Below, in pieces: positions 9,248 through 18,471 of a stretch of DNA of 46,727 nucleotides; positions within the stretch are counted from its first letter, which is position 1; the number at the start of each line of letters is the position of its first letter. A program made the translations under genes and the position numbers. Origin of the DNA: Nannocystales bacterium (GTDB lineage Bacteria; Myxococcota_A; Polyangia; Nannocystales; Nannocystaceae); NCBI GenBank assembly GCA_050633305.1, contig JBOEGF010000049.1:1-46727 (forward strand), read 5' to 3'. The notes below the pieces were generated by a model. It did not search any database. It had not been told where the DNA came from and saw nothing but the letters and a program-made list of their open reading frames with translations.

Positions 9248-10066
9248 CTACGGCTCGCCCAGCACACGCAGCAGCTCGCGGTTGAAGTGCTGTGGATGCT
9301 CGCGGTGCATGAAGTGACCACCCGGCATGGTGACCACCTCGAAGTCGGAGGTATAGCGACCATGGGTGCGATGGTAGGCAGCGGGGGCGATCATGTCGTC
9401 GGTCCCGGCAAATGCGACCGCGGGCATCGTGATCTTCTTGCGCTGCCCGGCGGGGAGCTTCGGAGACAACGCGCGGTAGTAGCCCAGCGCGGCCTCCAGG
9501 CAACCGGGCTGCGCGAAGGCTTCGAGGACGGGGTCGAGCTCATCGGCGGGGAAGTCCCAGGTGGGCGACCACCGGTGAACGAGTTCCCGGATGTACGCGT
9601 AGTCGGTGCTTCGAATCTTGTCCGCGATGCCGCGCCGCCGCAGATAGAAGAAGTGGCGAACGCTCCAAAGCAGGCTCGGTGAGGGGCGAATCCCGGCGGG
9701 GTGGGGAATCGCAACGGTGACCAGCTTGCGGACCTTCTGCGGCGCGAGCCCGGCCAAGGAATACGCGGCGCTGGCCCCCCAATCGTGGCCTACGACGATG
9801 GCAGAGTCTTCGCCGAGGGCGTCGATGAGCGCTTCGAGATCTCGGCCGAGCGTGTCGGCGTCGAAGGCCTCGGCTGCAGGCGCTTCGGTGGGTGCGTAGC
9901 CGCGTGTCCATGGGCTCACGGCTCGGTAGCCGGCCTCTGCGAGCGCAGGCCGGGTGAGGTCCCACGAACGAGCGGTGTCGGGAAACCCGTGGACGAGCAG
10001 GACCAACGGACCCTCGCCCTCTTCTAGGTAGGCGAACTTGAGACCGTTGGCGGTGACGTGCTCCAT
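9248..10066 (-). CDS. alpha/beta hydrolase, epoxide hydrolase-like
   Basis: HGFPD oxyanion motif, GHDWG nucleophile elbow, GGHFMHRE catalytic His. Confidence 0.92.
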   Translation of the reverse strand: MEHVTANGLKFAYLEEGEGPLVLLVHGFPDTARSWDLTRPALAEAGYRAVSPWTRGYAPTEAPAAEAFDADTLGRDLEALIDALGEDSAIVVGHDWGASAAYSLAGLAPQKVRKLVTVAIPHPAGIRPSPSLLWSVRHFFYLRRRGIADKIRSTDYAYIRELVHRWSPTWDFPADELDPVLEAFAQPGCLEAALGYYRALSPKLPAGQRKKITMPAVAFAGTDDMIAPAAYHRTHGRYTSDFEVVTMPGGHFMHREHPQHFNRELLRVLGEP

Positions 10067-10136
10067 CGCCGAGCACAACGGCGCCGAAGGCCACCGAGTT
10101 GCGGCGGCCTCGAACAGGCTCTACAGCCGACAAAAT

Positions 10137-10229
10137 AAAGTGCCCCGGGCACCCAGCTCTCCGTTACCGTTGCTACCTTCCGGTCCTGGCGGAGTTGGCG
10201 GAGAAACCGTCGCCCGAGGCATGAACCCC
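10137..10229 (-). ncRNA. ffs: signal recognition particle RNA (small bacterial SRP)
   Basis: Conserved core CCGCCAGGACCGGAAGGTAGCAACGG inside a long hairpin (TGCCTCGGGC/GCCCGGGGCA) followed by a U-rich tail; ends approximate. Confidence 0.9.
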
Positions 10230-10260
10230 AGTTGATCAGGTTTGGGGAGTGTTGGCTTAG

Positions 10261-10345
10261 CGGAGAGGGCGGGATTCGAACCCGCGGTAGGTTGCCCTAC
10301 ACATGATTTCCAATCATGCACCTTCGGCCACTCGGACACCTCTCC
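10261..10345 (-). tRNA. trnS: tRNA-Ser (anticodon GGA)
   Basis: GGAGAGG acceptor stem, anticodon arm CATGA-TTGGAAA-TCATG, long variable arm, GGTTCGAATCC; CCA not encoded. Confidence 0.97.
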
Positions 10346-10440
10346 AGGCGGGCCAGCACTCAAGTTGTTTGATCGTTGTGGTTCGTCGTCGTGTCGGGTG
10401 CTTCGCTCGAGTCCCTTGGGGAGCCGGGCGAAGGCTTTAG

Positions 10441-10527
10441 CGGAGAGGGAGGGATTCGAACCCTCGGAGAGCGTAAACCCTCACCAGATTTCGAGTCTGG
10501 CACCTTCAACCACTCGGACACCTCTCC
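10441..10527 (-). tRNA. trnS: tRNA-Ser (anticodon CGA)
   Basis: GGAGAGG acceptor stem, CCAGA-CTCGAAA-TCTGG anticodon arm, long variable arm, GGTTCGAATCC; CCA not encoded. Confidence 0.97.
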
Positions 10528-10546
10528 AAGTGTCTTTGGGGGGCGG

Positions 10547-10574
10547 AATGTACCAGGATCCATCGGACGGGCAA
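10547..10574 (-). promoter_or_regulatory. sigma70-type promoter of the tRNA/ffs cluster
   Basis: TTGCCC-N16-TACATT with extended -10 TG and GC-rich discriminator CCGCCCCC. Confidence 0.6.
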
Positions 10575-10932
10575 GCCCGATCTTCGGAACATGCTTGCGC
10601 ATATGCCGCAGCGTAAGGTTTGGCCGATTCAGGCGCCTCTGCGCCCTAATCGGGGGCTTGGGTCCCGGTGGTCGAGTCTCCTCGACGCGTCGTCGGGAGT
10701 CTTTTGCGCAACCCCGAGAGTCTTGGCGTTCGGAGTTGGCAGCCTCCCGCCCCTGATCTCAGTCACGCCGGGAGCCCGCTTCGTGTTGGCCCGGCGTTGG
10801 CGGAGACGTGGCCGACAGTGGGACCGCAGCGGTCCGCAAGAGACCAATCTCGCACCAGCCGACTGGCTCCCGCGCCAATGAAGACCTTCGAAACAGAGAT
10901 GGAGCGCCCCCGCACACCGTAGGAGTTAGAGG

Positions 10933-12492
10933 ATGCGGACCTCGAGCTTCTTCCTCGTCCTGGTCATGGTCGCGCTCGCTTGCGATCCCGTGCCGCCCAC
11001 CGAGGCAGGGGACACGACGTCGAGCTCCGGGAGCGACGAAGCGACGACTGCGTCTACGTCAAGGGGCGGTACGAGCCTGACCGACGCGTCGAGTGGACTG
11101 ACTTCTGCAGAAGCCAGCGCCGCAGCGAGCACGGACTGGCGAGCGACCGGCTGGGCAACAACTTCGCAGACGTCCGGTCTGGGAACGACCAGCTGGGAAG
11201 CGACCTCCCAGACGTGCGGCCCAGGGACAACTGGCTGGGGAACCACTTCGCAGACGTCCGGCCCTGGCACGACCTCCTGGCCGCCGACCTCCGGAACAGC
11301 GACCACGAGCTCGAGTGGGGTTGGGTCGGAGTCCTCCACTGCAGCGAGCACAGGCTCGACCCAGGGCACGGGGACAACCGGGGAAATCCTGGACCCCACG
11401 GGATGCGAATGGTCCCGCGGAGTGGGCTCCATGCAGCCCGAGTTTCTCGCTTCATTGGGAGATGGAACGCTCGTTGCGGGGGGGGAAGAGGGGGGATTGA
11501 CGGTCCTGGTTGGACTCGATCCGGAGGGCGAGCACATCTTCGAACACGTGCTCGATCCGGAACTCCTAGGGATCACTGGAGGCTTCCCGCACCAGGGGCT
11601 GGCTGGACTCGCCCCACGCGGGGCTGAAGACGAACTCCTGGTCTCGCTGAGCACGGGCGCGCTTTCGATGGAGACGTCGACGGGAGCGATCAACTGGGTG
11701 CTCGACGACGAGGTGGTCACGACGATGGGATTCGGAAGCGGCACGGTCCGCATCGGCGGCATCGCAACGTCTCCAAGCGGGGAGATCGCCGCGTATGGCC
11801 AGAGCTACGACGACCTTCACGGAGTCCACGTGATGAGGATCGACCCCACGTCGGGGACCTCGCTGTGGCATGCGTCCCGGTGGGGTGATGGAAGCGACGC
11901 AGACTGGCCCGCCGACATCGCCGTTGATGACGGTCCGTTCGGGGTGCTTTTTGGGGTGTCGGCGCACGCCGGAAGCAACGGCTGCTCCAGCTTCGCTGAC
12001 CTGGACCGTTACGATCTCGACACCGGGGAAGCGCAGCCGTCGATCTTTTCCCACGGGACCTGCGGGGGGGATGACGACTACACGAGGTGCGTGGCGATTC
12101 TCGGGGATGGCCGGGTGATGGCGGTTGTTGCACACAGCCCCAACCCCCCCAACGGACCACGGTCGACCCATGTCGAGCACTGGACTCCGGCAGGCGAACT
12201 CGAGGCTTCGAACGTGGTGCCAGGGCACTACTCGTACTCCTGCAGCGCGGTGGCAAACCCCGACGGTGGGTCATTCGTTCTCACCCGCGGCGGCACGACG
12301 GAGGGATTTTCACCGAGTGATCCGGTCACGGACCTCGTGCTCCAGGTTTCTGCGAACGGCGATTTTTCGGTCCTTCTCGATGAGGGTCCCGACGCTCGGG
12401 CTGACATCGGGCTGCGCCCCAGCGGCGCCCTCGCGGTCTTGAGAACGACGAGCCTCGGCAATGCATCCGTACGGCAGTACTGCTTTGACTGA
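10933..12492 (+). CDS. lipoprotein, Ser/Thr-rich tether plus beta-propeller-like domain
   Basis: Lipobox ALAC, ~130 aa S/T linker, beta-rich repeats (IATSPSGEIAAYG, VAILGDGRVMAV). Confidence 0.75.
   Translation: MRTSSFFLVLVMVALACDPVPPTEAGDTTSSSGSDEATTASTSRGGTSLTDASSGLTSAEASAAASTDWRATGWATTSQTSGLGTTSWEATSQTCGPGTTGWGTTSQTSGPGTTSWPPTSGTATTSSSGVGSESSTAASTGSTQGTGTTGEILDPTGCEWSRGVGSMQPEFLASLGDGTLVAGGEEGGLTVLVGLDPEGEHIFEHVLDPELLGITGGFPHQGLAGLAPRGAEDELLVSLSTGALSMETSTGAINWVLDDEVVTTMGFGSGTVRIGGIATSPSGEIAAYGQSYDDLHGVHVMRIDPTSGTSLWHASRWGDGSDADWPADIAVDDGPFGVLFGVSAHAGSNGCSSFADLDRYDLDTGEAQPSIFSHGTCGGDDDYTRCVAILGDGRVMAVVAHSPNPPNGPRSTHVEHWTPAGELEASNVVPGHYSYSCSAVANPDGGSFVLTRGGTTEGFSPSDPVTDLVLQVSANGDFSVLLDEGPDARADIGLRPSGALAVLRTTSLGNASVRQYCFD
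11149..11292 (+). repeat. 42-nt (14 aa) tandem repeat, ~3.5 copies
   Basis: GWATTSQTSGLGTT / SWEATSQTCGPGTT / GWGTTSQTSGPGTT / SWPPTS. Confidence 0.85.
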
Positions 12493-12543
12493 ACCGGAAT
12501 CCTCCGTTGCGGTGGGGCTCGTTGTGGTGCCAAGCTCGTTTTG

Positions 12544-13368
12544 ATGTCGACGCGCACGATTGCAACCTTGGCCCTCACGGCGGTGACGCTGATGGGCTGC
12601 GAGAAGGGCACTGCGACAGCCGAGCCGGTCGCGGCTGCCGTTGCTGAGGATGCCCATCCTTGTGATGAGGCCACCACGCTTCTCGTCACCGCCCTGCAGA
12701 AGGGCGACTTCGAAGGCCTGGCCACGAATACCGCCGACCCGCTCACCCACGACCTGAGCCAGGCGGAGTTCGACGACCTCTCCGCGATCGTCCAGTGGCT
12801 GGGACCGCTGCACTCCCGGACCGTCGCGGACCACGATGACAGCTTCGGCGGTGGGGTTCGGTCCTACGCCATGCAATTCGACCGTGGCGACGCCGTCGAA
12901 CTCGAGGTTTCGATCGCGGCGGGCGGAAAGCTGGTCGGGTTCGAGTTTGCGGGCAAGGGCTACACCGAAGCCGAGCGGGGTGTGCTGGCTGAGCCTTGGC
13001 GCGAGTTCAAGGTCTACGACTTTCATTTCCTCGACCCGGATGGAAATGTCCTCCCCGAAGGGGCCCCGATCGCCGGCAAGAAGGTCGACTACGAGATCGT
13101 GGTGGGAGGGATCGAAGCGCTGCTCGGTGGTCACCATCTCAGTGTCGAGAAGATCGTTTTCGACAAGGCCGGGACCGCTGTCTTTCGCGAGCCGATCGAG
13201 TTCGATACCAAGTTCGACGCCGACGCGATGGGCGTGCCTCGCGGCTCCGTGCGGGGTTATGTCGAGGTCCCCGGACCTGGGCAGTGGAAGATCGACCTGC
13301 GCATCACGGATGAGAACGCCCACCGGGACATCGAGCACCAGCAGTCGTTCGAGACGGTCGCCGGTTAG
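12544..13368 (+). CDS. lipoprotein of unknown function (DUF3887-like N-domain, Ig-like C-domain)
   Basis: Lipobox LMGC, strong codon bias; domain calls tentative. Confidence 0.7.
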   Translation: MSTRTIATLALTAVTLMGCEKGTATAEPVAAAVAEDAHPCDEATTLLVTALQKGDFEGLATNTADPLTHDLSQAEFDDLSAIVQWLGPLHSRTVADHDDSFGGGVRSYAMQFDRGDAVELEVSIAAGGKLVGFEFAGKGYTEAERGVLAEPWREFKVYDFHFLDPDGNVLPEGAPIAGKKVDYEIVVGGIEALLGGHHLSVEKIVFDKAGTAVFREPIEFDTKFDADAMGVPRGSVRGYVEVPGPGQWKIDLRITDENAHRDIEHQQSFETVAG

Positions 13369-13397
13369 TTGGACGCCGAACGGGGTAGCCTTGCCCC

Positions 13398-13760
13398 GTG
13401 GCAAAGAAGGATCCCCTCGAAAAGCTCCGCGAGATCATCGAAGCGCTTCCTGAGACCAGCGAAAAACTCAGCCACGGCGCGCCGACATGGTGGGGCGGTA
13501 AGAAGACGTTCGCCCGTTTTCACTCGGGGGGGTACGACGAGGGCCGGCCGGGGGTGTGGATCAACGCTCCCGAAGGGGTCCAAGCCGACCTCATCGAAGC
13601 CGACCCGGCGAAATTCTACCGTCCGAAATACCTCGGACCCAGCGGGTGGGTTGGGATGCGTCTCGAAGGCAAGGTGGACTGGGACGAGGTCCGCTTCCTT
13701 CTCCTGCAGGGCTATCGCATGGTCGCGCCGAAGCGAGCGTTGGCGCTGCTCGACGCGTGA
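13398..13760 (+). CDS. MmcQ/YjbR family protein
   Basis: LPETSEKLSHGAPTW...KTFARF...FYRPKYLGPSGWVGMRL...DWDEV...YRMVAPKR. Confidence 0.9.
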   Translation: MAKKDPLEKLREIIEALPETSEKLSHGAPTWWGGKKTFARFHSGGYDEGRPGVWINAPEGVQADLIEADPAKFYRPKYLGPSGWVGMRLEGKVDWDEVRFLLLQGYRMVAPKRALALLDA

Positions 13761-13764
13761 CCCG

Positions 13765-14775
13765 TCATGGGGGCGCGAGATCGCCTCCGAGATCTACGAC
13801 GCGTTCCCCCGCGATGTAGAGCATCTGATCGAGGACGAGATGATGGGGCCCGACCCACGCCTCGGTCTCCCCGGCGATCACGTCGGGCAGACCGGGGAGG
13901 AGCGCATCGGGTTCGGGTGTGCCGGGCAGCGTGGTCGACTCCGGCCATGGACCCCCGCTTTGGCGGAGCTCGAAGACGGTGTGGTCGGTGTTCCGTACGA
14001 GCACGTACTGGAGGTGGAGAAGGTCGCCGAGCATCGAGCCCACCATGACGAGCGACCATGCGCCGTCGGGAGAGGCGGAGACGGTCAGGCCGCCGACGGG
14101 TGAGGGAAGGGCTTCGTCGGTGTTGCCAATTGGCGGGAACCCGCACGGAGCCATCAGGCCAGGGCCCTCGGGGACGCCGCATTCGCTGCCGCCAAGCGTG
14201 AGCTCTTGGGTGAGCGAGCCGTTGGAAAAGCGGACCGCCACCTCTCGGAGGTTGGAGCGCATGTCATGGGGGTGATCCGAGACCCAGATGCAGACCGAGC
14301 TGCCGTCCTCGGAGATCCACATCTCCTCGTCGGAACGCAAGCCGAGTGGGTCCGCTTCGAAGTCCGAGCCGCTGCTCGCACCCGCAGGGCAAGGAGGGTC
14401 GAGCGGAAGTGCCGCCAGCCGAGTCTCGCCGCCGGCCTCGTCCAGCAGGCGGAGCACACCATCTTCCCCGAGCACGACGGCCGTGCGTTTGCCGGGGAGG
14501 TGTCGGATCGCGACGGCCGGGGTGTTGGAGCGTTGCTCGAGCACCCTGCCATCGAGGTCGAGCACCCGAACGCCGTCCGGGCCAGCGACGAGTAGCTGGG
14601 GTCCTGACGGTGTTGGGATGGACTCGTTCTGAGTCTCGCCCACTTGGGGCGTACTCACAGGCGCATCCGTCGTGGGGAGGGATGGGGGGCGGGTGGACTG
14701 CGCGACGGACGGCTGCGCGGGTCGGCATGCCAGTGCGCAGGCCATCACCGACGAAAGAGCTGCCAACCGAGCCAT
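13765..14775 (-). CDS. hypothetical lipoprotein
   Basis: Lipobox ALAC, Pro/Ser linker, beta-rich body. Confidence 0.7.
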   Translation of the reverse strand: MARLAALSSVMACALACRPAQPSVAQSTRPPSLPTTDAPVSTPQVGETQNESIPTPSGPQLLVAGPDGVRVLDLDGRVLEQRSNTPAVAIRHLPGKRTAVVLGEDGVLRLLDEAGGETRLAALPLDPPCPAGASSGSDFEADPLGLRSDEEMWISEDGSSVCIWVSDHPHDMRSNLREVAVRFSNGSLTQELTLGGSECGVPEGPGLMAPCGFPPIGNTDEALPSPVGGLTVSASPDGAWSLVMVGSMLGDLLHLQYVLVRNTDHTVFELRQSGGPWPESTTLPGTPEPDALLPGLPDVIAGETEAWVGPHHLVLDQMLYIAGERVVDLGGDLAPP

Positions 14776-14823
14776 GTTCACCCGGAGACGTCCCAGACCG
14801 ACCTGCTTCTTCCCTGAGCGCCG

Positions 14824-14860
14824 AAAAAAAAAATCCCGCCCCGGAGAATGCCGGGGCGGG
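14824..14860 (-). terminator. intrinsic terminator after EF-hand gene 1
   Basis: 10-bp stem CCCGCCCCGG/CCGGGGCGGG followed by a T10 tract on the minus strand. Confidence 0.9.
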
Positions 14861-14896
14861 TACGTGCGGGTGATGGACGTTGGAGGAGGGAGTTTG

Positions 14897-15601
14897 TTAT
14901 GCGGCGTTCTTCGGGCCGCGGCGGGCGAATCGTTTCCGGTCGGTGCGGCTGCGGCCGCGCTTGGCGAAGGCTTTCTTTCCGCCGCGTCGGGTGGCCTTGC
15001 GGGCCTGCTTACCGTCGCGCTTGGAGCTCTTGCGGGCCTTCTTGTCGCCGCGCTCGCCCTTCTTACCTTTGCGGGCCTTCTTGTCGCCGCGCTCGCCCTT
15101 CTTGCCTTTGCGGGCCTTCTTGTCGCCGCGCTCGCCCTTCTTGCCCTTGCGGTCTGCCCGCGCGGCGCGCATCTCGGCCATGGTCACCTCGCCGTTGCCG
15201 TCGGCGTCGATCTTGGAGAAGCGTTTCTCCATTTTGGTGCCGGCGACTTCGGCTGCGCTCAGGGAGCCACTGCCATCGACGTCGCGCTTGGCGAATCGCT
15301 CTTTGGCACGGGCACGATGGTCTCGGTCTTTGCCCTTCTTGCCCTCCTTGCCGCGGTGAGCTTTGTGATGAGCGCGCATCTCGTCGCGAGTCAGCTCGCC
15401 ATCGCCGTCGGCATCGATCTTGGAGAAGCGTTTCTCCAGCTTGGTGCCGGACACTTCGGCGGCGCTCAGGGTTCCGCTGCCGTCAGCGTCGTAGCGCTGC
15501 ATCTTGTTGGCTTTTTTGCCGCGCTCTCGAGCCGGGGCGTCAGCGGCAGGAGCGGCGAAGAGGAGGGAGGCGGGGACGATGAGTTGAAGCAGTGCGTTCA
15601 T
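14897..15601 (-). CDS. secreted EF-hand protein (4 EF loops) with Lys/Arg-rich tail
   Basis: Signal peptide; DADGSGTLSAAE, DADGDGELTRDE, DVDGSGSLSAAE, DADGNGEVTMAE. Confidence 0.9.
   Translation of the reverse strand: MNALLQLIVPASLLFAAPAADAPARERGKKANKMQRYDADGSGTLSAAEVSGTKLEKRFSKIDADGDGELTRDEMRAHHKAHRGKEGKKGKDRDHRARAKERFAKRDVDGSGSLSAAEVAGTKMEKRFSKIDADGNGEVTMAEMRAARADRKGKKGERGDKKARKGKKGERGDKKARKGKKGERGDKKARKSSKRDGKQARKATRRGGKKAFAKRGRSRTDRKRFARRGPKNAA
15032..15148 (-). repeat. 39-nt tandem repeat x3 (KGKKGERGDKKAR)
   Basis: Three near-identical in-frame units. Confidence 0.9.
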
Positions 15602-15738
15602 GTCGGGAAGTCCTTACAAAACTAAGCTTGCGGGGTCCCGAGACGATGCGCTGCCCGCCTTGCGGAGCGCTTTCGAAGAGGGGCCGTTCGTGAACGCAAC
15701 GTGAACAGAGCCCCTCTCGATTGGGTATCGAAGCGCGG

Positions 15739-16107
15739 TTATGTGATGAACACGCAGATCTTGTGCCCGTCGAGGTCCCGGAAGTACCCGCCGTAGAACG
15801 GGCCTTCTCCACGGGGTCCCACCGCACCTTCGTCCGTCCCGCCGTTCTTGAGCGCGGCTTCATGGACCGCGGCCACCTGCTCCCGGGTCTCTGCACGAAG
15901 CGCGGTCATGCTGCCGTTTGCCGAGGTGGCGGGCTCTCCGTCAAACGGGACCACCACCGCAAACTTGGTGCCGCCTGGATCTTGGCCCCAATAGATCTCC
16001 CGCTCGTTCTCGTAGAGCAGCTTTCCGCCGAGCGGCGCAAGAACCTCGTTGTAGAAAGCCCGAGCCTTGGGAAGGTCCCGGGTTCCGATCGTGGTGTATC
16101 CGATCAT
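15739..16107 (-). CDS. VOC/glyoxalase family protein
   Basis: MIGYTTIGTRDLPKARAFY...GGTDEGAVGPR...YGGYFRDLDGHKI. Confidence 0.92.
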   Translation of the reverse strand: MIGYTTIGTRDLPKARAFYNEVLAPLGGKLLYENEREIYWGQDPGGTKFAVVVPFDGEPATSANGSMTALRAETREQVAAVHEAALKNGGTDEGAVGPRGEGPFYGGYFRDLDGHKICVFIT

Positions 16108-16172
16108 GCTTGGAGAGTAGTGCCGTTTTTGATGGACGCAGTCTGTTCTTGGAGAAATGAACCCGAAGATGG

Positions 16173-17072
16173 CTATACCGACGCGAGCGCTGCCGGCTTC
16201 TGCGGCAGTGGCTGGCCTGTCTCGACGCGGGCCCGGAGGTCGTCGCCGAACTTGACCACCTCGGAGCGGATGCTCCATCCGAGCAGGGGCGCCAACGGCA
16301 AGGCCCACCACTTGAGGCTGACGGAGGCATGGCTCTTGACCCGGCACCGCGTTTCGCCGAGGGGCTCGACCGACCACTGGTTCGTCGAGGTTGGAATCAT
16401 CGCCGGCAGCTCGCCGCCTGCGACGTAGGCGTACTTCATCGCGCTTCGATCGAACTCGGTCAGCTCCTCGGTGATCTGGAGCGCGGGGAACGGACCAAAG
16501 CTCGGCGTTTCGCAGGTTCGAACCGCACCCACTTCAGGGGGCCCCTCCATGGAGGAGGCGCGGACCCCCCGGGCGTAGCTGGCCACATCCCCAAACTCTT
16601 CGGCGAGGACCTGCCATGCCTCGGACGCGGGCACATTGAGTTCGACCTCCATGTGAATGTTGATCGGAGCCTCGGTGTTCGGCCGGACCAGGTAAGCCAC
16701 CAAGCCCACCCCACCCAGGATGAAGAACTCGATCAGCGGCGTGACACCCAGCACCGCGCGCATCTGGGGGTTGGAGAAGGCGGCGAGCCGGAGCACGGCC
16801 ATGAGGCCAAGGGCATATCCCGCGATACGCAGCCGAGCCGATGTGGCGTCGTCGGTCGAGAAGAGGGACAGCCCCAGCGGAAGGGTGAACGCCCCGATCG
16901 TCGCCAAGACCAGCAGCCCCGGCCCGTCGATGTTCACCGGGCCCCCGGCGAGCAGGTTCGTGCCGGTGAACATGAAGGTGGCGAAGACGATCGCGAGCGA
17001 TCCTCCCATCAGGGTCAAGAGGGCGCCCACGGACTTGGCGAGGCGATGGTAGGTGGTGATGTTGACTTGCAT
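16173..17072 (-). CDS. membrane domain (~4 TM) fused to SRPBCC/polyketide-cyclase-like domain
   Basis: Four hydrophobic segments, then VPASEAWQVL...VGAVRTC...ITEELTEFD...NQWSVEPLG. Confidence 0.8.
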   Translation of the reverse strand: MQVNITTYHRLAKSVGALLTLMGGSLAIVFATFMFTGTNLLAGGPVNIDGPGLLVLATIGAFTLPLGLSLFSTDDATSARLRIAGYALGLMAVLRLAAFSNPQMRAVLGVTPLIEFFILGGVGLVAYLVRPNTEAPINIHMEVELNVPASEAWQVLAEEFGDVASYARGVRASSMEGPPEVGAVRTCETPSFGPFPALQITEELTEFDRSAMKYAYVAGGELPAMIPTSTNQWSVEPLGETRCRVKSHASVSLKWWALPLAPLLGWSIRSEVVKFGDDLRARVETGQPLPQKPAALASV

Positions 17073-17074
17073 GA

Positions 17075-17695
17075 CTACTCCTTGGAGACCCGCGCCGCGC
17101 CATGCAGCAAGAGGTCGATGGTTTGCTGAACCCAGTGTTGGCGGTACTTGGGCTCCTTGATGGAGGCGCCGTAGACCGACTCGATGAAGTCCACGTGGTG
17201 CACCTGGTTGTTGAGGCGTTCGAGTAGGGTTCCCGCCACGATGTCGATATCCACGCCCTTTCGCAGGAGGCTGCGATGGCGGGCGGATGACAGGAACCCC
17301 GTCAACACCTCGTGGTGCTTGCCCAGGTTTTCCAGCACGGCGGGGCCGCTGTTCCGGAACCGGGCCTGCATCTCGGCGTAGAGGATGATGAGCGGCTCGG
17401 GGTCGCGGAGGTGCGCTGCGAGCGTCTCTTCGGCGAACAACACGAGCCGCTGTTCGAGGTCGGCGGTGTCTTGAGGCGGGCGACCGAGCAGTCGCTGCGC
17501 GCTTGCAAGTCGGTCGTCGCCAATTCGTCCGAGGATGTCCTGGTACAGGGCCTGTTTGCCCCCGAAGTGGTAGCTGACGCCGTTCACGTTGGCCCCCGCC
17601 GCCGCGCAGATCGCTCGGACCGACGTGGCCGCGAAGCCGAGCTCGGCGAAGAGCCGGGTCGCCTCAGCCCGGATTCGTTCAGCGGTGTCGCTCAC
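17075..17695 (-). CDS. TetR/AcrR family regulator
   Basis: N-terminal HTH ATRLFAELGFAATSVRAICAAAGANVNGVSYHFGGKQALY. Confidence 0.93.
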   Translation of the reverse strand: MSDTAERIRAEATRLFAELGFAATSVRAICAAAGANVNGVSYHFGGKQALYQDILGRIGDDRLASAQRLLGRPPQDTADLEQRLVLFAEETLAAHLRDPEPLIILYAEMQARFRNSGPAVLENLGKHHEVLTGFLSSARHRSLLRKGVDIDIVAGTLLERLNNQVHHVDFIESVYGASIKEPKYRQHWVQQTIDLLLHGAARVSKE

Positions 17696-17701
17696 TTGAT
17701 G

Positions 17702-17730
17702 AGCCTAGGAGCTGTGGAGAACGATCGCAA
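17702..17730 (-). promoter_or_regulatory. sigma70 promoter of tetR (likely leaderless)
   Basis: TTGCGA-N17-TAGGCT, 6 nt before the GTG start. Confidence 0.6.
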
Positions 17731-17735
17731 CATAA

Positions 17736-17755
17736 AATTAAACAGTCGTTTCAAT
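17736..17755. promoter_or_regulatory. putative TetR operator
   Basis: AT-rich imperfect palindrome AATTAAAC-AGTC-GTTTCAAT in GC-rich context, just upstream of the tetR promoter. Confidence 0.5.
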
Positions 17756-17773
17756 CGGCGATTCGAACCGACC

Positions 17774-17809
17774 AAAAAACGCCCACCCCCGGGTGGTGGG
17801 GGTGGGCGT
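17774..17809 (-). terminator. intrinsic terminator after EF-hand gene 2
   Basis: 12-bp stem ACGCCCACCCCC/GGGGGTGGGCGT followed by a T tract on the minus strand. Confidence 0.9.
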
Positions 17810-17835
17810 CACTCAGAGGGGGGATGTTGACTCTT

Positions 17836-18471
17836 CTACCGGTTGCCTCGCTTTCCGCGGCGCTTGGACATGCCTTCGCCCTTGCCGGACCGCTTTCCTT
17901 TCTTGTGTCCTGCGCGGAGTTCCTCCTGCGTCAGTTGGCCATCGTTGTTGCTGTCGATTCGGGAGAAGTGCCGCGCGAGCCGGCTCCCTTCGACCTCGCT
18001 CTCACTGAGGCTCCCGTCACCGTTGGTGTCCTGAGACGCAAACCGTTGTGCGTGTCGAGCTTCGCGCCCGGCCTTCATCTCCTGCTTGCTCAGTTGGCCG
18101 TCGCCGTTCGCATCGATCTGCGCGAAGTCGTCGGCAAGGGGGGTTCCTTTGACCTCGGCGGCACTCAGGGTGCCATTGCCGTCCTTGTCGAGCCGCTTGC
18201 CGCGCTTGCCTTTGCCGCGCTTGCCCTTGCGGCCCTTGTGTCCGGCCTTCAGCTCCTGCTTGCTCAGCTCCCCGTCGCCGTCCGTGTCGATCTCCGAGAA
18301 GCGCTCGGCGAGGCGTGTGCCCTCGACCTCTGCGGCGCTGAGAGTTCCGCTGCCGTCCGCGTCGAGTTTCTGCATCTTCCCGTGGCGGGCGCCGCGGTCG
18401 CCATCGGCATCGGGGGTTGGTCCGGCGAAGAGGAGGGAGGCTGGGAGGAGTAGCGAGAGGAGTTGATTCAT
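17836..18471 (-). CDS. secreted EF-hand protein (6 EF loops), paralog of 14897-15601
   Basis: Same N-terminus (MNxLLxLxxPASLLFA); six Dx(D/N)xxGxL(S/T)xxE loops. Confidence 0.9.
   Translation of the reverse strand: MNQLLSLLLPASLLFAGPTPDADGDRGARHGKMQKLDADGSGTLSAAEVEGTRLAERFSEIDTDGDGELSKQELKAGHKGRKGKRGKGKRGKRLDKDGNGTLSAAEVKGTPLADDFAQIDANGDGQLSKQEMKAGREARHAQRFASQDTNGDGSLSESEVEGSRLARHFSRIDSNNDGQLTQEELRAGHKKGKRSGKGEGMSKRRGKRGNR

Noticed and set aside
10261..10527. tRNA-anchored genomic island
   Set aside because: No integrase and no duplicated tRNA 3' end seen elsewhere in the window
10630..10930. Possible structured RNA (GGGAGCC/GGCTCCC, GGACCG/CGGTCC stems), e.g. 6S-like
   Set aside because: No recognisable family motif; such pairing is expected in GC-rich DNA; needs a covariance search
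11149..11292. Regularly spaced repeats as a possible CRISPR array (also 15032-15148 and 37795-39110)
   Set aside because: Contiguous, in-frame, degenerate at third positions, no unique spacers, no cas genes
14672..15625. Long hydrophobic plus-strand ORF resembling a membrane protein (also 17824-18453)
   Set aside because: Antisense shadows of the Lys/Arg-rich EF-hand genes, which carry the real motifs, SD and terminators
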